IMG/VR virus record: IMGVR_UViG_3300027503_000005
Strand: one strand, 5' to 3'
Source of the DNA: a virus
Length of the DNA stretch: 13,617 bases
How positions within the stretch are numbered: position 1 is the first letter of the stretch; every line of letters starts with the position of its first letter. Under the pieces are notes generated by a model, which was given only the letters and a program-made list of their open reading frames with translations, did no database searches and was not told where the DNA came from. Positions 1 through 5,324 of this stretch are shown piece after piece. Position numbers and translations under genes: made by a program.

Positions 1-127
1 GCATGGGAGACTATGCCGGTCAAGATTGCTTGCTCGACGAAAGCGGCCCAGCCGCGCAGCTCACGGTCGCCAACTACTCGCACAGTGTCGGGCAGATCGT
101 AGGCGGCTCGAGCTGGGAACAGTGGCG
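1..127. repeat. Terminal direct repeat, copy 1 (identical to 13491..13617)
   Basis: Base-by-base comparison: gcatgggagactatgccggtcaag...gctgggaacagtggcg occurs at both window ends with no mismatch. Confidence 0.95.
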
Positions 128-1610
128 GGAGCAGAACAGTTTCGCCGGCGTCGACTCGAGGTTTCAGCTCCGCCCATAGTTCCGGCTCACGTTGGACAGC
201 GTAGGCGGTGACGTGAACGCGGCCGCTGTGTAGATTCCTGGCGGTGACAATAGCGAAGCCGCCTGTGGTTTTGTCTTGCTCGACTGCTGTGACGGTAGGC
301 CTGTTGGTGTCGAAATCTTTGTCGGCTGGTTCCGATTGCAGCTTCGGCCATAAGCCCACAGGCAGCCAGGGGTCGACGAATTGCACCCACTTATTGAGGT
401 GAGCGCGTAGGAACGCTTGCCGGTTAGGTCGCTGGCTTGCCGCCTCGAGCGCAGCTAGTGGAACAGTGCGGCCTAGTCCTGGATTGCCATAGGCCCAGGT
501 TTCGGGCAAATTTTCGTCGGCTTCGTCGGGCGGTGACCATTCAAGGAACAGGTGACTGCCAGCTGTGCCGGCGTCGATGTCAGCAATTCCGCGTTCGCGC
601 CAGGCTCGCATTGCGTGGCTGTTTTCGTCGCCAGCTGTTGAAAACATGGCTACCAGCGGCTCAGGTCGAGCGATGGTAGTGGGCAAGATTCCGTCGTCAA
701 TGACGCTGGCTTTCATGTCCCATATCTCATCGCACAGGAACAGGTCGACGCTTTTACCGTGGATACTGTCCGAAGCTGCTACCGGCTCGAATATCGAGCC
801 GTCAACCAGGGTTAGCCGTTCGCGGCCAGCTCCTCGAGAAACTTTCTCGACAGCGCCTTCGTAGCGTTCCTCGAAAATTCTGACAATGGCAGCCCACTGA
901 TCGACAGCAAGGTTCCGGCTGTTTGCAGCCAGTACCACAGTCTGAGGGCCTTTCTCAGCTGCTCGATGGGTCAACCAGTGGATCGCGAGCAACCTGAGCA
1001 AATAGCTTTTGCCGTTTTGTCGAGCTACCGAAACTAAAGCGGTCCGGACACCTGGGCGCAGCAATCTTTCGGCCGCGTAAATCTGCCAGGGCATTAGCTC
1101 GATGCCGAGGCGTTCAGCTAGCTGTTGGAGGAGGGGGCCATCGGTCGGGCCGCCTGGGTCCGGCGTTGCTAATCGGGGGAGATCATGCCCCATAATTGCA
1201 GGCAGGTCAGCCGCAGCGCTGTTTCGTGCCGTTTCAGGCACCTTTTGGGGTATTTTTTTGAGAGGGTGCGCTGGGGCTTCCAGGGGGTCACTAAAAAAAT
1301 CCGGCGAGGGCTTTGGAATCGGTCGGCTTTTTGGAAGCTGGTTTGGTCGGCCTGTTGTGTCGCTGTGTGGCAGCTTCCGTTTTTTGAGCGCTGCCCCTAA
1401 CCTGGCGCCGTCTTTGCTGTTGCAGGATAGGCAGGCTGGGCGCAGGTTCTCGAGGTCGTCTGTGCCGCCGAGTGCGTGAGCGATGATGTGGTCAACACTT
1501 TCGGCCGGCATACCACAGCGAAAGCATGGGGGCGGGTCCGATAGGGTACCGCCGTAGATCCCATAGACTGCCGCTTTGATTTTTGGGCCGTAGCCTCGAT
1601 TGGTTGCCAT
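1..1610 (-). CDS. HNH endonuclease fused to the large terminase subunit. This is the 5' part of the gene; it runs off base 1 and continues at 13490..13307. Full length is 597 aa.
   Basis: This ORF is missing from the supplied track because it is open at the window edge, so I translated it by hand. It starts at the ATG at 1610..1608: MATNRGYGPKIKAAVYGIYGGTLSDPPPCFRCGMPAESVDHIIAHALGGTDDLENLRPACLSCNSKDG. That segment has CxxC...DH...N...CxxCN, the HNH zinc-finger signature. A basic, Pro-rich linker of about 80 aa follows. The terminase ATPase then shows Walker A (VARQNGKS) and Walker B (VDLFLCDE). The frame is continuous with the 88-aa ORF at 13307..13573, because 1610-83 is divisible by 3. Confidence 0.85.
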   Translation of the reverse strand, partial: MATNRGYGPKIKAAVYGIYGGTLSDPPPCFRCGMPAESVDHIIAHALGGTDDLENLRPACLSCNSKDGARLGAALKKRKLPHSDTTGRPNQLPKSRPIPKPSPDFFSDPLEAPAHPLKKIPQKVPETARNSAAADLPAIMGHDLPRLATPDPGGPTDGPLLQQLAERLGIELMPWQIYAAERLLRPGVRTALVSVARQNGKSYLLRLLAIHWLTHRAAEKGPQTVVLAANSRNLAVDQWAAIVRIFEERYEGAVEKVSRGAGRERLTLVDGSIFEPVAASDSIHGKSVDLFLCDEIWDMKASVIDDGILPTTIARPEPLVAMFSTAGDENSHAMRAWRERGIADIDAGTAGSHLFLEWSPPDEADENLPETWAYGNPGLGRTVPLAALEAASQRPNRQAFLRAHLNKWVQFVDPWLPVGLWPKLQSEPADKDFDTNRPTVTAVEQDKTTGGFAIVTARNLHSGRVHVTAYAVQREPELWAELKPRVDAGETVLLPPLFPARAAYDLPDTVRVVGDRELRGWAAFVEQAILTGIVSH

Positions 1611-1693
1611 TAGTACCCTAGCGCTATGTATGCCACCCACAGGCCGAACAGGATTACCAGGATTAACACTGCGAGGTCGGGTAGGTGTTTCAT
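1610..1693 (-). CDS. 27-aa single-pass membrane peptide (hypothetical)
   Basis: Hand translation gives MKHLPDLAVLILVILFGLWVAYIALGY. Its ATG overlaps the upstream stop (ATGA) and its TAA overlaps the terminase ATG (TAATG). It falls below the size cutoff of the ORF track. Confidence 0.4.
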   Translation of the reverse strand: MKHLPDLAVLILVILFGLWVAYIALGY

Positions 1694-1863
1694 GCGAATA
1701 GATCGTCGGGGTCGGGTTCGTCAGCTGGTTTGATTTTGTCAATGAGTTGATCGCAAGCGATCATGATGTCCTGGACTGCTAGTTCGCTGTTTTCTTTTGC
1801 TGCTCGATGTATGTATGCGGCCACTGTGTAGGCAATGACCTGTTGGGTGTCGGTTAGTTTCAT
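1690..1863 (-). CDS. 57-aa acidic hypothetical protein
   Basis: Hand translation gives MKLTDTQQVIAYTVAAYIHRAAKENSELAVQDIMIACDQLIDKIKPADEPDPDDLFA. There are ATGA overlaps at both ends, and a GAAAGGAAAG Shine-Dalgarno sequence lies upstream. Confidence 0.5.
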   Translation of the reverse strand: MKLTDTQQVIAYTVAAYIHRAAKENSELAVQDIMIACDQLIDKIKPADEPDPDDLFA

Positions 1864-2318
1864 GCTGTAAGCTTTCCTTTCAGTGCTGCTCGCGCTTTTG
1901 CGATGTTTTCGAGGCTGGTTCCTAATGGTTCTTTATTGGTTCGGGTGTCACTGTGACAGGTCGTTTCGGTCACTGTGTCAGGCCGTAGGGTCACTGTGTC
2001 AGTGCGTTCGCTGCGCGGGGTGTCACTCTGACAGGTCGTTTTTTTGTTTGTCATATTGAGCCGGTAACGTTTTGTTTGCCGGTCTTGACGACGGCCGGCC
2101 CAGCCAGCTTGCTCGATAATTCCTTCGTCGAGTAGCTGCTTGATAGCTCGGGTGACTGTTCTCGGGGAAAGTTCAGTCACTCGGGCTATCGTTGCGACAC
2201 TCGGCCAGGCTGCTCGCTCGTCGTCGTTGTATCGGTCAGCCAGGTAAAGCAATACCAGTTTGCAGCTGGGGCTTCCTGTGGTGGTTTCTAATGCCCATGA
2301 AAGCGCTTTGATGCTCAT
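1860..2318 (-). CDS. Winged-helix (HTH_36-like) DNA-binding protein, candidate replication initiator / replisome organiser
   Basis: The N-terminal sequence SWALETTTGSPSCKLVLLYLADRYNDDERAAWPSVATIARVTELSPRTVTRAIKQLLDEGIIEQ fits the pattern of plasmid and phage initiator HTH domains. The C-terminal half is encoded by the iteron array. ATGA overlaps occur at both ends. Confidence 0.7.
   Translation of the reverse strand: MSIKALSWALETTTGSPSCKLVLLYLADRYNDDERAAWPSVATIARVTELSPRTVTRAIKQLLDEGIIEQAGWAGRRQDRQTKRYRLNMTNKKTTCQSDTPRSERTDTVTLRPDTVTETTCHSDTRTNKEPLGTSLENIAKARAALKGKLTA
1944..2041. repeat. Four phased iterons with near-palindromic core GTCACTGTGWCAG, a candidate replication origin
   Basis: Cores lie at 1947..1959 (gtcactgtgacag), 1969..1981 (gtcactgtgtcag), 1990..2002 (gtcactgtgtcag) and 2022..2034 (gtcactctgacag). 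Start-to-start spacing is 22, 21 and 32 bp. The outer copies share a 23-mer, ggtgtcactStgacaggtcgttt (1944..1966 and 2019..2041). A T-rich tract (T7 at 2039..2045, tttttttgtttgtcatattga) abuts the array. Confidence 0.75.
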
Positions 2319-2830
2319 AGCAGCCCTAGCTTTCTTGCACAGCCAGGCCAGGCTTTCCAGCCGCTGCGCTCGAGAACGCGTTCAGCGATAGCAATTTGCT
2401 GTTCGCGTGATGCTTCCCAGGGGTGCAGCGCATAGTCGAGGCCGCCGAAAGCTCGCCAGGTTGACCAGCTGGTACCGTGCGCGAATTGCAGGCCGCCGCC
2501 GTAGCCGTTGCCAGTGTTGAGATCCCAGCGGCCTGATGATTCGCACCAGGCAAGCTGATCCCATACTGAGGCGTCAGCTGTGAGCTGTGTGAGCTTTGTC
2601 GCTGTGGGGCGTGGCAGCGTTGTGGTGGTGGTGGTGGCGTTGGCTAGCCATTCGTCGAGCTGGCGCCAGGCTTCGGCTGTGGCTTGCTCGTCGACTGTGG
2701 TAGCTGTTGAGCTGCTGGTTGCGCTGTTGCTTCGATAGTTTGGTTGGCTGCCGTATGTGAACATGATTAGCAATAGCAGGCCGATAAAGCCGGCGACAAT
2801 GATGAGGCCGGTGAGCTGTTTTTTGGTCAT
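2315..2830 (-). CDS. Membrane-anchored Rpf-like (resuscitation-promoting factor) transglycosylase
   Basis: An N-terminal TM segment (LTGLIIVAGFIGLLLLIMFTY) is followed by a Ser/Thr-rich linker containing T6. The C-terminal sequence is WDQLAWCESSGRWDLNTGNGYGGGLQFAHGTSWSTWRAFGG...ASREQQIAIAERVLERSGWKAWPGCARKLGLL. This matches the Rpf domain of Micrococcus and Mycobacterium Rpf proteins, including the catalytic Glu in CES and both conserved Cys residues. Confidence 0.85.
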   Translation of the reverse strand: MTKKQLTGLIIVAGFIGLLLLIMFTYGSQPNYRSNSATSSSTATTVDEQATAEAWRQLDEWLANATTTTTTLPRPTATKLTQLTADASVWDQLAWCESSGRWDLNTGNGYGGGLQFAHGTSWSTWRAFGGLDYALHPWEASREQQIAIAERVLERSGWKAWPGCARKLGLL

Positions 2831-3393
2831 TGTTTCGGCTCGCTTCCGGAAGGCCAGCCGAGATCGCCTGGGGCTGTGACGCCTGTTTTGTCGCGTCGGG
2901 CTTGTGTCGCTAATTCGAGAAGCTCGACGAGTTCGCTGGTGGTCAGTGTTTCCGGTTCGCCGGCGTCAACGTAAATTTGAGCGGCTAGGTCTTTATCGTC
3001 AAGGCAAGCTTTCAGCAGCCTGTTTTTGATGACTGCTTTTTTGACGGTGTCGGCGAATTGTTGCCGGCCGGCTATTTCGTCGGCTGACGCTACTGATTTC
3101 GACACCTCGATGCCGGCCAAAGCAAGCGCTCGGCCGACTGCGCTGGTTTCGGCGTTCATTGCTTCGCTGTCGCGTGTGTAGGGCGTTTTGCCTGGGTAGG
3201 GTTCCCAGGCTGTTGCCGTGAAGCCTTCGCTGTGTGGCTGTTTGTAGACCGTGGCGCGTGATTCGATAAAGCAACGGTCGCCGAGCTGTTTAACCTCGGG
3301 CGGTTCTGTCGTTATGACGCCTTCAGGGTACCGCTCGTAAAATCGCACGATGCGGACATTGACGGGGACGTAATCTTTCATGAAATCGCTCAC
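2827..3393 (-). CDS. Hypothetical early protein, possibly a Rad52/Sak-like single-strand annealing or ssDNA-binding protein
   Basis: This is a 188-aa ORF. The segment SEAMNAETSAVGRALALAGIEVS resembles the A-x-[ST]-x-A-x-[GK]-R-A-x(3)-G-I motif of Rad52-type phage annealases. The start may be the GTG at 3393 (GTGA overlap) or the ATG at 3381. The function is tentative. Confidence 0.4.
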   Translation of the reverse strand: MSDFMKDYVPVNVRIVRFYERYPEGVITTEPPEVKQLGDRCFIESRATVYKQPHSEGFTATAWEPYPGKTPYTRDSEAMNAETSAVGRALALAGIEVSKSVASADEIAGRQQFADTVKKAVIKNRLLKACLDDKDLAAQIYVDAGEPETLTTSELVELLELATQARRDKTGVTAPGDLGWPSGSEPKQ

Positions 3394-3527
3394 AGCTCAC
3401 CTGCCAGGGTGATGGCGGCCCATACTGTTGCCGCTGCTGTCCAAAGCCATGAGAACAGGCTAGGCGCTGTTTGTATTGCTACTGCTGCGCTGCCTGTTAC
3501 CAGTAGCGCCGTTGTTGTTTTCCTCAT
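3390..3527 (-). CDS. 45-aa membrane/secreted peptide (hypothetical)
   Basis: Hand translation gives MRKTTTALLVTGSAAVAIQTAPSLFSWLWTAAATVWAAITLAGEL. It is preceded by AGAAAGGTTAAAG, the same 18-bp initiation cassette found at 4060..4077. Confidence 0.5.
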   Translation of the reverse strand: MRKTTTALLVTGSAAVAIQTAPSLFSWLWTAAATVWAAITLAGEL

Positions 3528-3538
3528 CTTTAACCTTT

Positions 3539-3841
3539 CTACCGTTTTGCGATCCACACCTGCGCTCGAGCGCCGGTGTCTGTTGTGACATAGCCAGGGG
3601 CTTGCTCGACTAGGCCGGCGTTTTGTAGTTCCTGCCGGCGTTTTGCTACTGAGCCTCGCAAAGCTCCAAGCCTGTTTGCTATTTCGTAGTCAGCTAGCGG
3701 GACTGCGGAAGCTTTCAGCACGTCGAGAACGCGCATAGCTAGAGTGGCTCGCTGCCGTTTGTTTGCATATGCGGCCGCCTGGCTGGTTTCGGGGTCGGTT
3801 AGGCGTGCCGGTGATTGGAATAGGTTCAGCTGTTCGCTCAT
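3539..3841 (-). CDS. Small winged-helix (MarR-like) DNA-binding protein
   Basis: This is a 100-aa ORF. The segment DPETSQAAAY...RVLDVLKASAVPLADYEIANRLGALRGSVAKRRQELQNAGLVEQ...ARAQVWIAKR follows a typical wHTH pattern. An ATGA overlap joins it to the upstream ORF. Confidence 0.7.
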   Translation of the reverse strand: MSEQLNLFQSPARLTDPETSQAAAYANKRQRATLAMRVLDVLKASAVPLADYEIANRLGALRGSVAKRRQELQNAGLVEQAPGYVTTDTGARAQVWIAKR

Positions 3842-3999
3842 TGTTGCCTACTTTGTAGCGCGATCATGAGCGCTAAAAGCTCGGCTGCTTCGGCCAGCTC
3901 ATCGCGCTCGATGTATGTGAGCAAATTCCACTTCGCTTGCAGGTAAGCCGTGCGGAATGTTTCGGCGAGTAGCTCATCGGCAAAATCGTGATCGCTCAT
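3838..3999 (-). CDS. 53-aa helical hypothetical protein
   Basis: Hand translation gives MSDHDFADELLAETFRTAYLQAKWNLLTYIERDELAEAAELLALMIALQSRQQ. There are ATGA overlaps at both ends. Confidence 0.5.
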   Translation of the reverse strand: MSDHDFADELLAETFRTAYLQAKWNLLTYIERDELAEAAELLALMIALQSRQQ

Positions 4000-4064
4000 G
4001 GCTTGCCTCGCAAATTGTGGTTGCAGCTGTTTGGGCGCAGCTGTGCGCCTGTTTTCTCGCTCAT
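3996..4064 (-). CDS. 22-aa leader-like micro-ORF
   Basis: The sequence is MSEKTGAQLRPNSCNHNLRGKP. It is the first ORF after the promoter-like site. It has a strong SD (AGAAAGGTTAAAGATG) and its stop overlaps the next ATG. It may serve only for translational coupling. Confidence 0.3.
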   Translation of the reverse strand: MSEKTGAQLRPNSCNHNLRGKP

Positions 4065-4104
4065 CTTTAACCTTTCTTAGTGCGCCGATGGTGGCACAGT
4101 CGCG

Positions 4105-4133
4105 ACGTTATTGTGTCGGCTTGCCTGTGTCAA
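4105..4133 (-). promoter_or_regulatory. SigA/sigma70-like promoter candidate for the early operon
   Basis: The minus strand reads TTGACA (4133..4128), then 17 nt, then TAACGT (4110..4105), which fits TANNNT. It lies at the edge of the second-largest non-coding gap (4065..4107), and the -10 element overlaps the TAA stop of the upstream gene. Confidence 0.4.
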
Positions 4134-4320
4134 TGGTTAGCTGCTGAAAGCTGGAAGGCGTGCGGCTGGGCATGATTGCGCCGCCGATAGCGCCGGCAGC
4201 TGTTCCGGCGATTGCCCACAGTGCGCTAGCGTCGGTTCCAGCTGAAGCGACTACAGCGCCAGCGATCAGGGCAGCTAACGCGATGGCTGCGAGTGCGAGT
4301 GTTTGGACAGTGTTATTCAT
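4108..4320 (-). CDS. Holin-like membrane protein with two Ala/Gly-rich TM segments
   Basis: This 70-aa ORF reads TLALAAIALAALIAGAVVASAG...LWAIAGTAAGAIGGAIM. It lies two genes downstream of the endolysin, at the end of the lysis cassette. Confidence 0.55.
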   Translation of the reverse strand: MNNTVQTLALAAIALAALIAGAVVASAGTDASALWAIAGTAAGAIGGAIMPSRTPSSFQQLTIDTGKPTQ

Positions 4321-4522
4321 AGCGGCCGCTTTCGTGGTCCTGAAGGTGTCGGTCGAGTTTGTTCGATATTTTTTTGAGCTGGCGGGTCTGCTTGTCGAGT
4401 TTGCGGCTGTTGTCGCGGTGTTCCTGTGTGTTGAGGTTTCTAGTCTTGCGGGATTGCCAAACTATGCCGGCGAAGGCGAAAAGGCCGCTGACGGCCGCAG
4501 CTGCGACGGGCGCCCATTCCAC
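4313..4522 (-). CDS. Holin-like protein with one N-terminal TM segment and a highly charged C-terminus
   Basis: This 69-aa ORF uses a GTG start located 3 nt after the endolysin stop. It has the TM segment APVAAAAVSGLFAFAGIVW, followed by the charged tail RKTRNLNTQEHRDNSRKLDKQTRQLKK. Confidence 0.55.
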   Translation of the reverse strand: MEWAPVAAAAVSGLFAFAGIVWQSRKTRNLNTQEHRDNSRKLDKQTRQLKKISNKLDRHLQDHESGRYE

Positions 4523-4525
4523 TGG

Positions 4526-5191
4526 TCAGATTTTGCCTTCATTGCGGGGCAGGACTGCTAAAGCGTCGAGCCAGGTGGCGGGCGCTGGGCTGATTACCTG
4601 CACGCCGAGAAATTCGAGCGCCTGGACCTGTGACCAGTCTGTAAGCGCCACTTTGCTGTTTCCGGCAGCGTGGTAGGCGCGTGGCGGGTTGAAACGATGA
4701 TCTACTAGGATTACTGATTTCATGTCGTCTGTCTCCGGTTGTGGTGGGGTTGAATATGCGGGGCGGCCGAGGCTTACTGCTTCGGGGTAGTACCGGCGAA
4801 AGATTCCGACCTTGTCGCCGACGTTGCCTTCGATTGTTGTGAGGCTGTCGCCGTTATTCGATAGGACAATGCCGACGTGGTCGAGGGCGCCTACGTTGTC
4901 CCACTCGAAGAAAACGACGTCGCCAGGTTGAGCTTCGCGGCTGTTGCTAATTAGTCGGCCCTGATTGGCGAACCATAAGGCGCCGGCATCGCACCAGGCG
5001 AAGCCTTTATCTGTTTGCGCTGGTAAAGGTAGGCCGGCATCGTAGAAAACGCGGCTGACCCACATAGCGCACCAGGGGCCGCGTATGCCGTACCAGTCGG
5101 TGATGCCTGGCACGTTGTTAGAACCTGGCGGCTGTTCTGATACTCGAGACCAGGCGGCCGCTGATGCGAAAACGTCGCTAGCTGTTGTCAT
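4526..5191 (-). CDS. Endolysin with an N-terminal CHAP cysteine peptidase domain and an uncharacterised C-terminal domain
   Basis: The catalytic Cys context GPWCAMWVSRV, the His context ALDHVGIV and the TIEGN motif are the CHAP / NlpC-P60-like signature. The roughly 70 aa after the PPQPE linker are of unknown type. Confidence 0.85.
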   Translation of the reverse strand: MTTASDVFASAAAWSRVSEQPPGSNNVPGITDWYGIRGPWCAMWVSRVFYDAGLPLPAQTDKGFAWCDAGALWFANQGRLISNSREAQPGDVVFFEWDNVGALDHVGIVLSNNGDSLTTIEGNVGDKVGIFRRYYPEAVSLGRPAYSTPPQPETDDMKSVILVDHRFNPPRAYHAAGNSKVALTDWSQVQALEFLGVQVISPAPATWLDALAVLPRNEGKI

Positions 5192-5324
5192 CGGTGGCGC
5201 TCCTGGTGTACGAAGCGAAAGCTGCCAGGATTTCGATCAGCTCGTCGCTGCCGTAGTCGAAAGGGGTGTCGAGCGGGATCAGCCCTTCGGCGTCGGGGTC
5301 GGGTAGTTCGTCGGGTTGCGTCAT
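5178..5324 (-). CDS. 48-aa acidic hypothetical protein
   Basis: I trimmed the 63-aa track ORF to the ATG at 5324, which overlaps the upstream stop as ATGA. The product is MTQPDELPDPDAEGLIPLDTPFDYGSDELIEILAAFASYTRSATDDNS. Confidence 0.5.
   Translation of the reverse strand: MTQPDELPDPDAEGLIPLDTPFDYGSDELIEILAAFASYTRSATDDNS

Noticed and set aside
1-127. The terminal repeat as a biological element (LTR, att site or IS end)
   Set aside because: It falls in the middle of the terminase coding sequence with perfect identity and perfect frame continuity. Its length of exactly 127 bp matches a common assembler k-mer. An assembly overlap of a circular or permuted genome is far more likely than a functional repeat. 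True physical termini must be determined from reads.
26-1479. Plus-strand ORFs from the track across 26..1479 (61-125 aa) and the 67-aa minus-strand ORF at 187..390
   Set aside because: They lie antisense to, or out of frame with, the long minus-strand HNH-terminase ORF that the track omits because it is open at the window edge. Their products are Arg/Pro/Ser-rich low-complexity sequences typical of shadow ORFs in GC-rich DNA, and they have no SD or gene context.
2621-2638. (TGG)5 microsatellite encoding a Thr6 run in the Rpf linker
   Set aside because: It is short and in frame, and is consistent with an ordinary Ser/Thr-rich linker. It could vary in length between isolates, but nothing indicates a phase-variation switch, since a change of 3n keeps the frame.
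2326-3274. Nested minus-strand ORFs at 2326..2553, 2382..2564 and 2999..3274, and likewise 5379..5609, 6629..6856 and 9498..9713
   Set aside because: All are alternative frames inside longer ORFs with clear domain signatures (Rpf, annealase-like, fibre, Dit-like, MTP-like). The products are low-complexity and Arg-rich.
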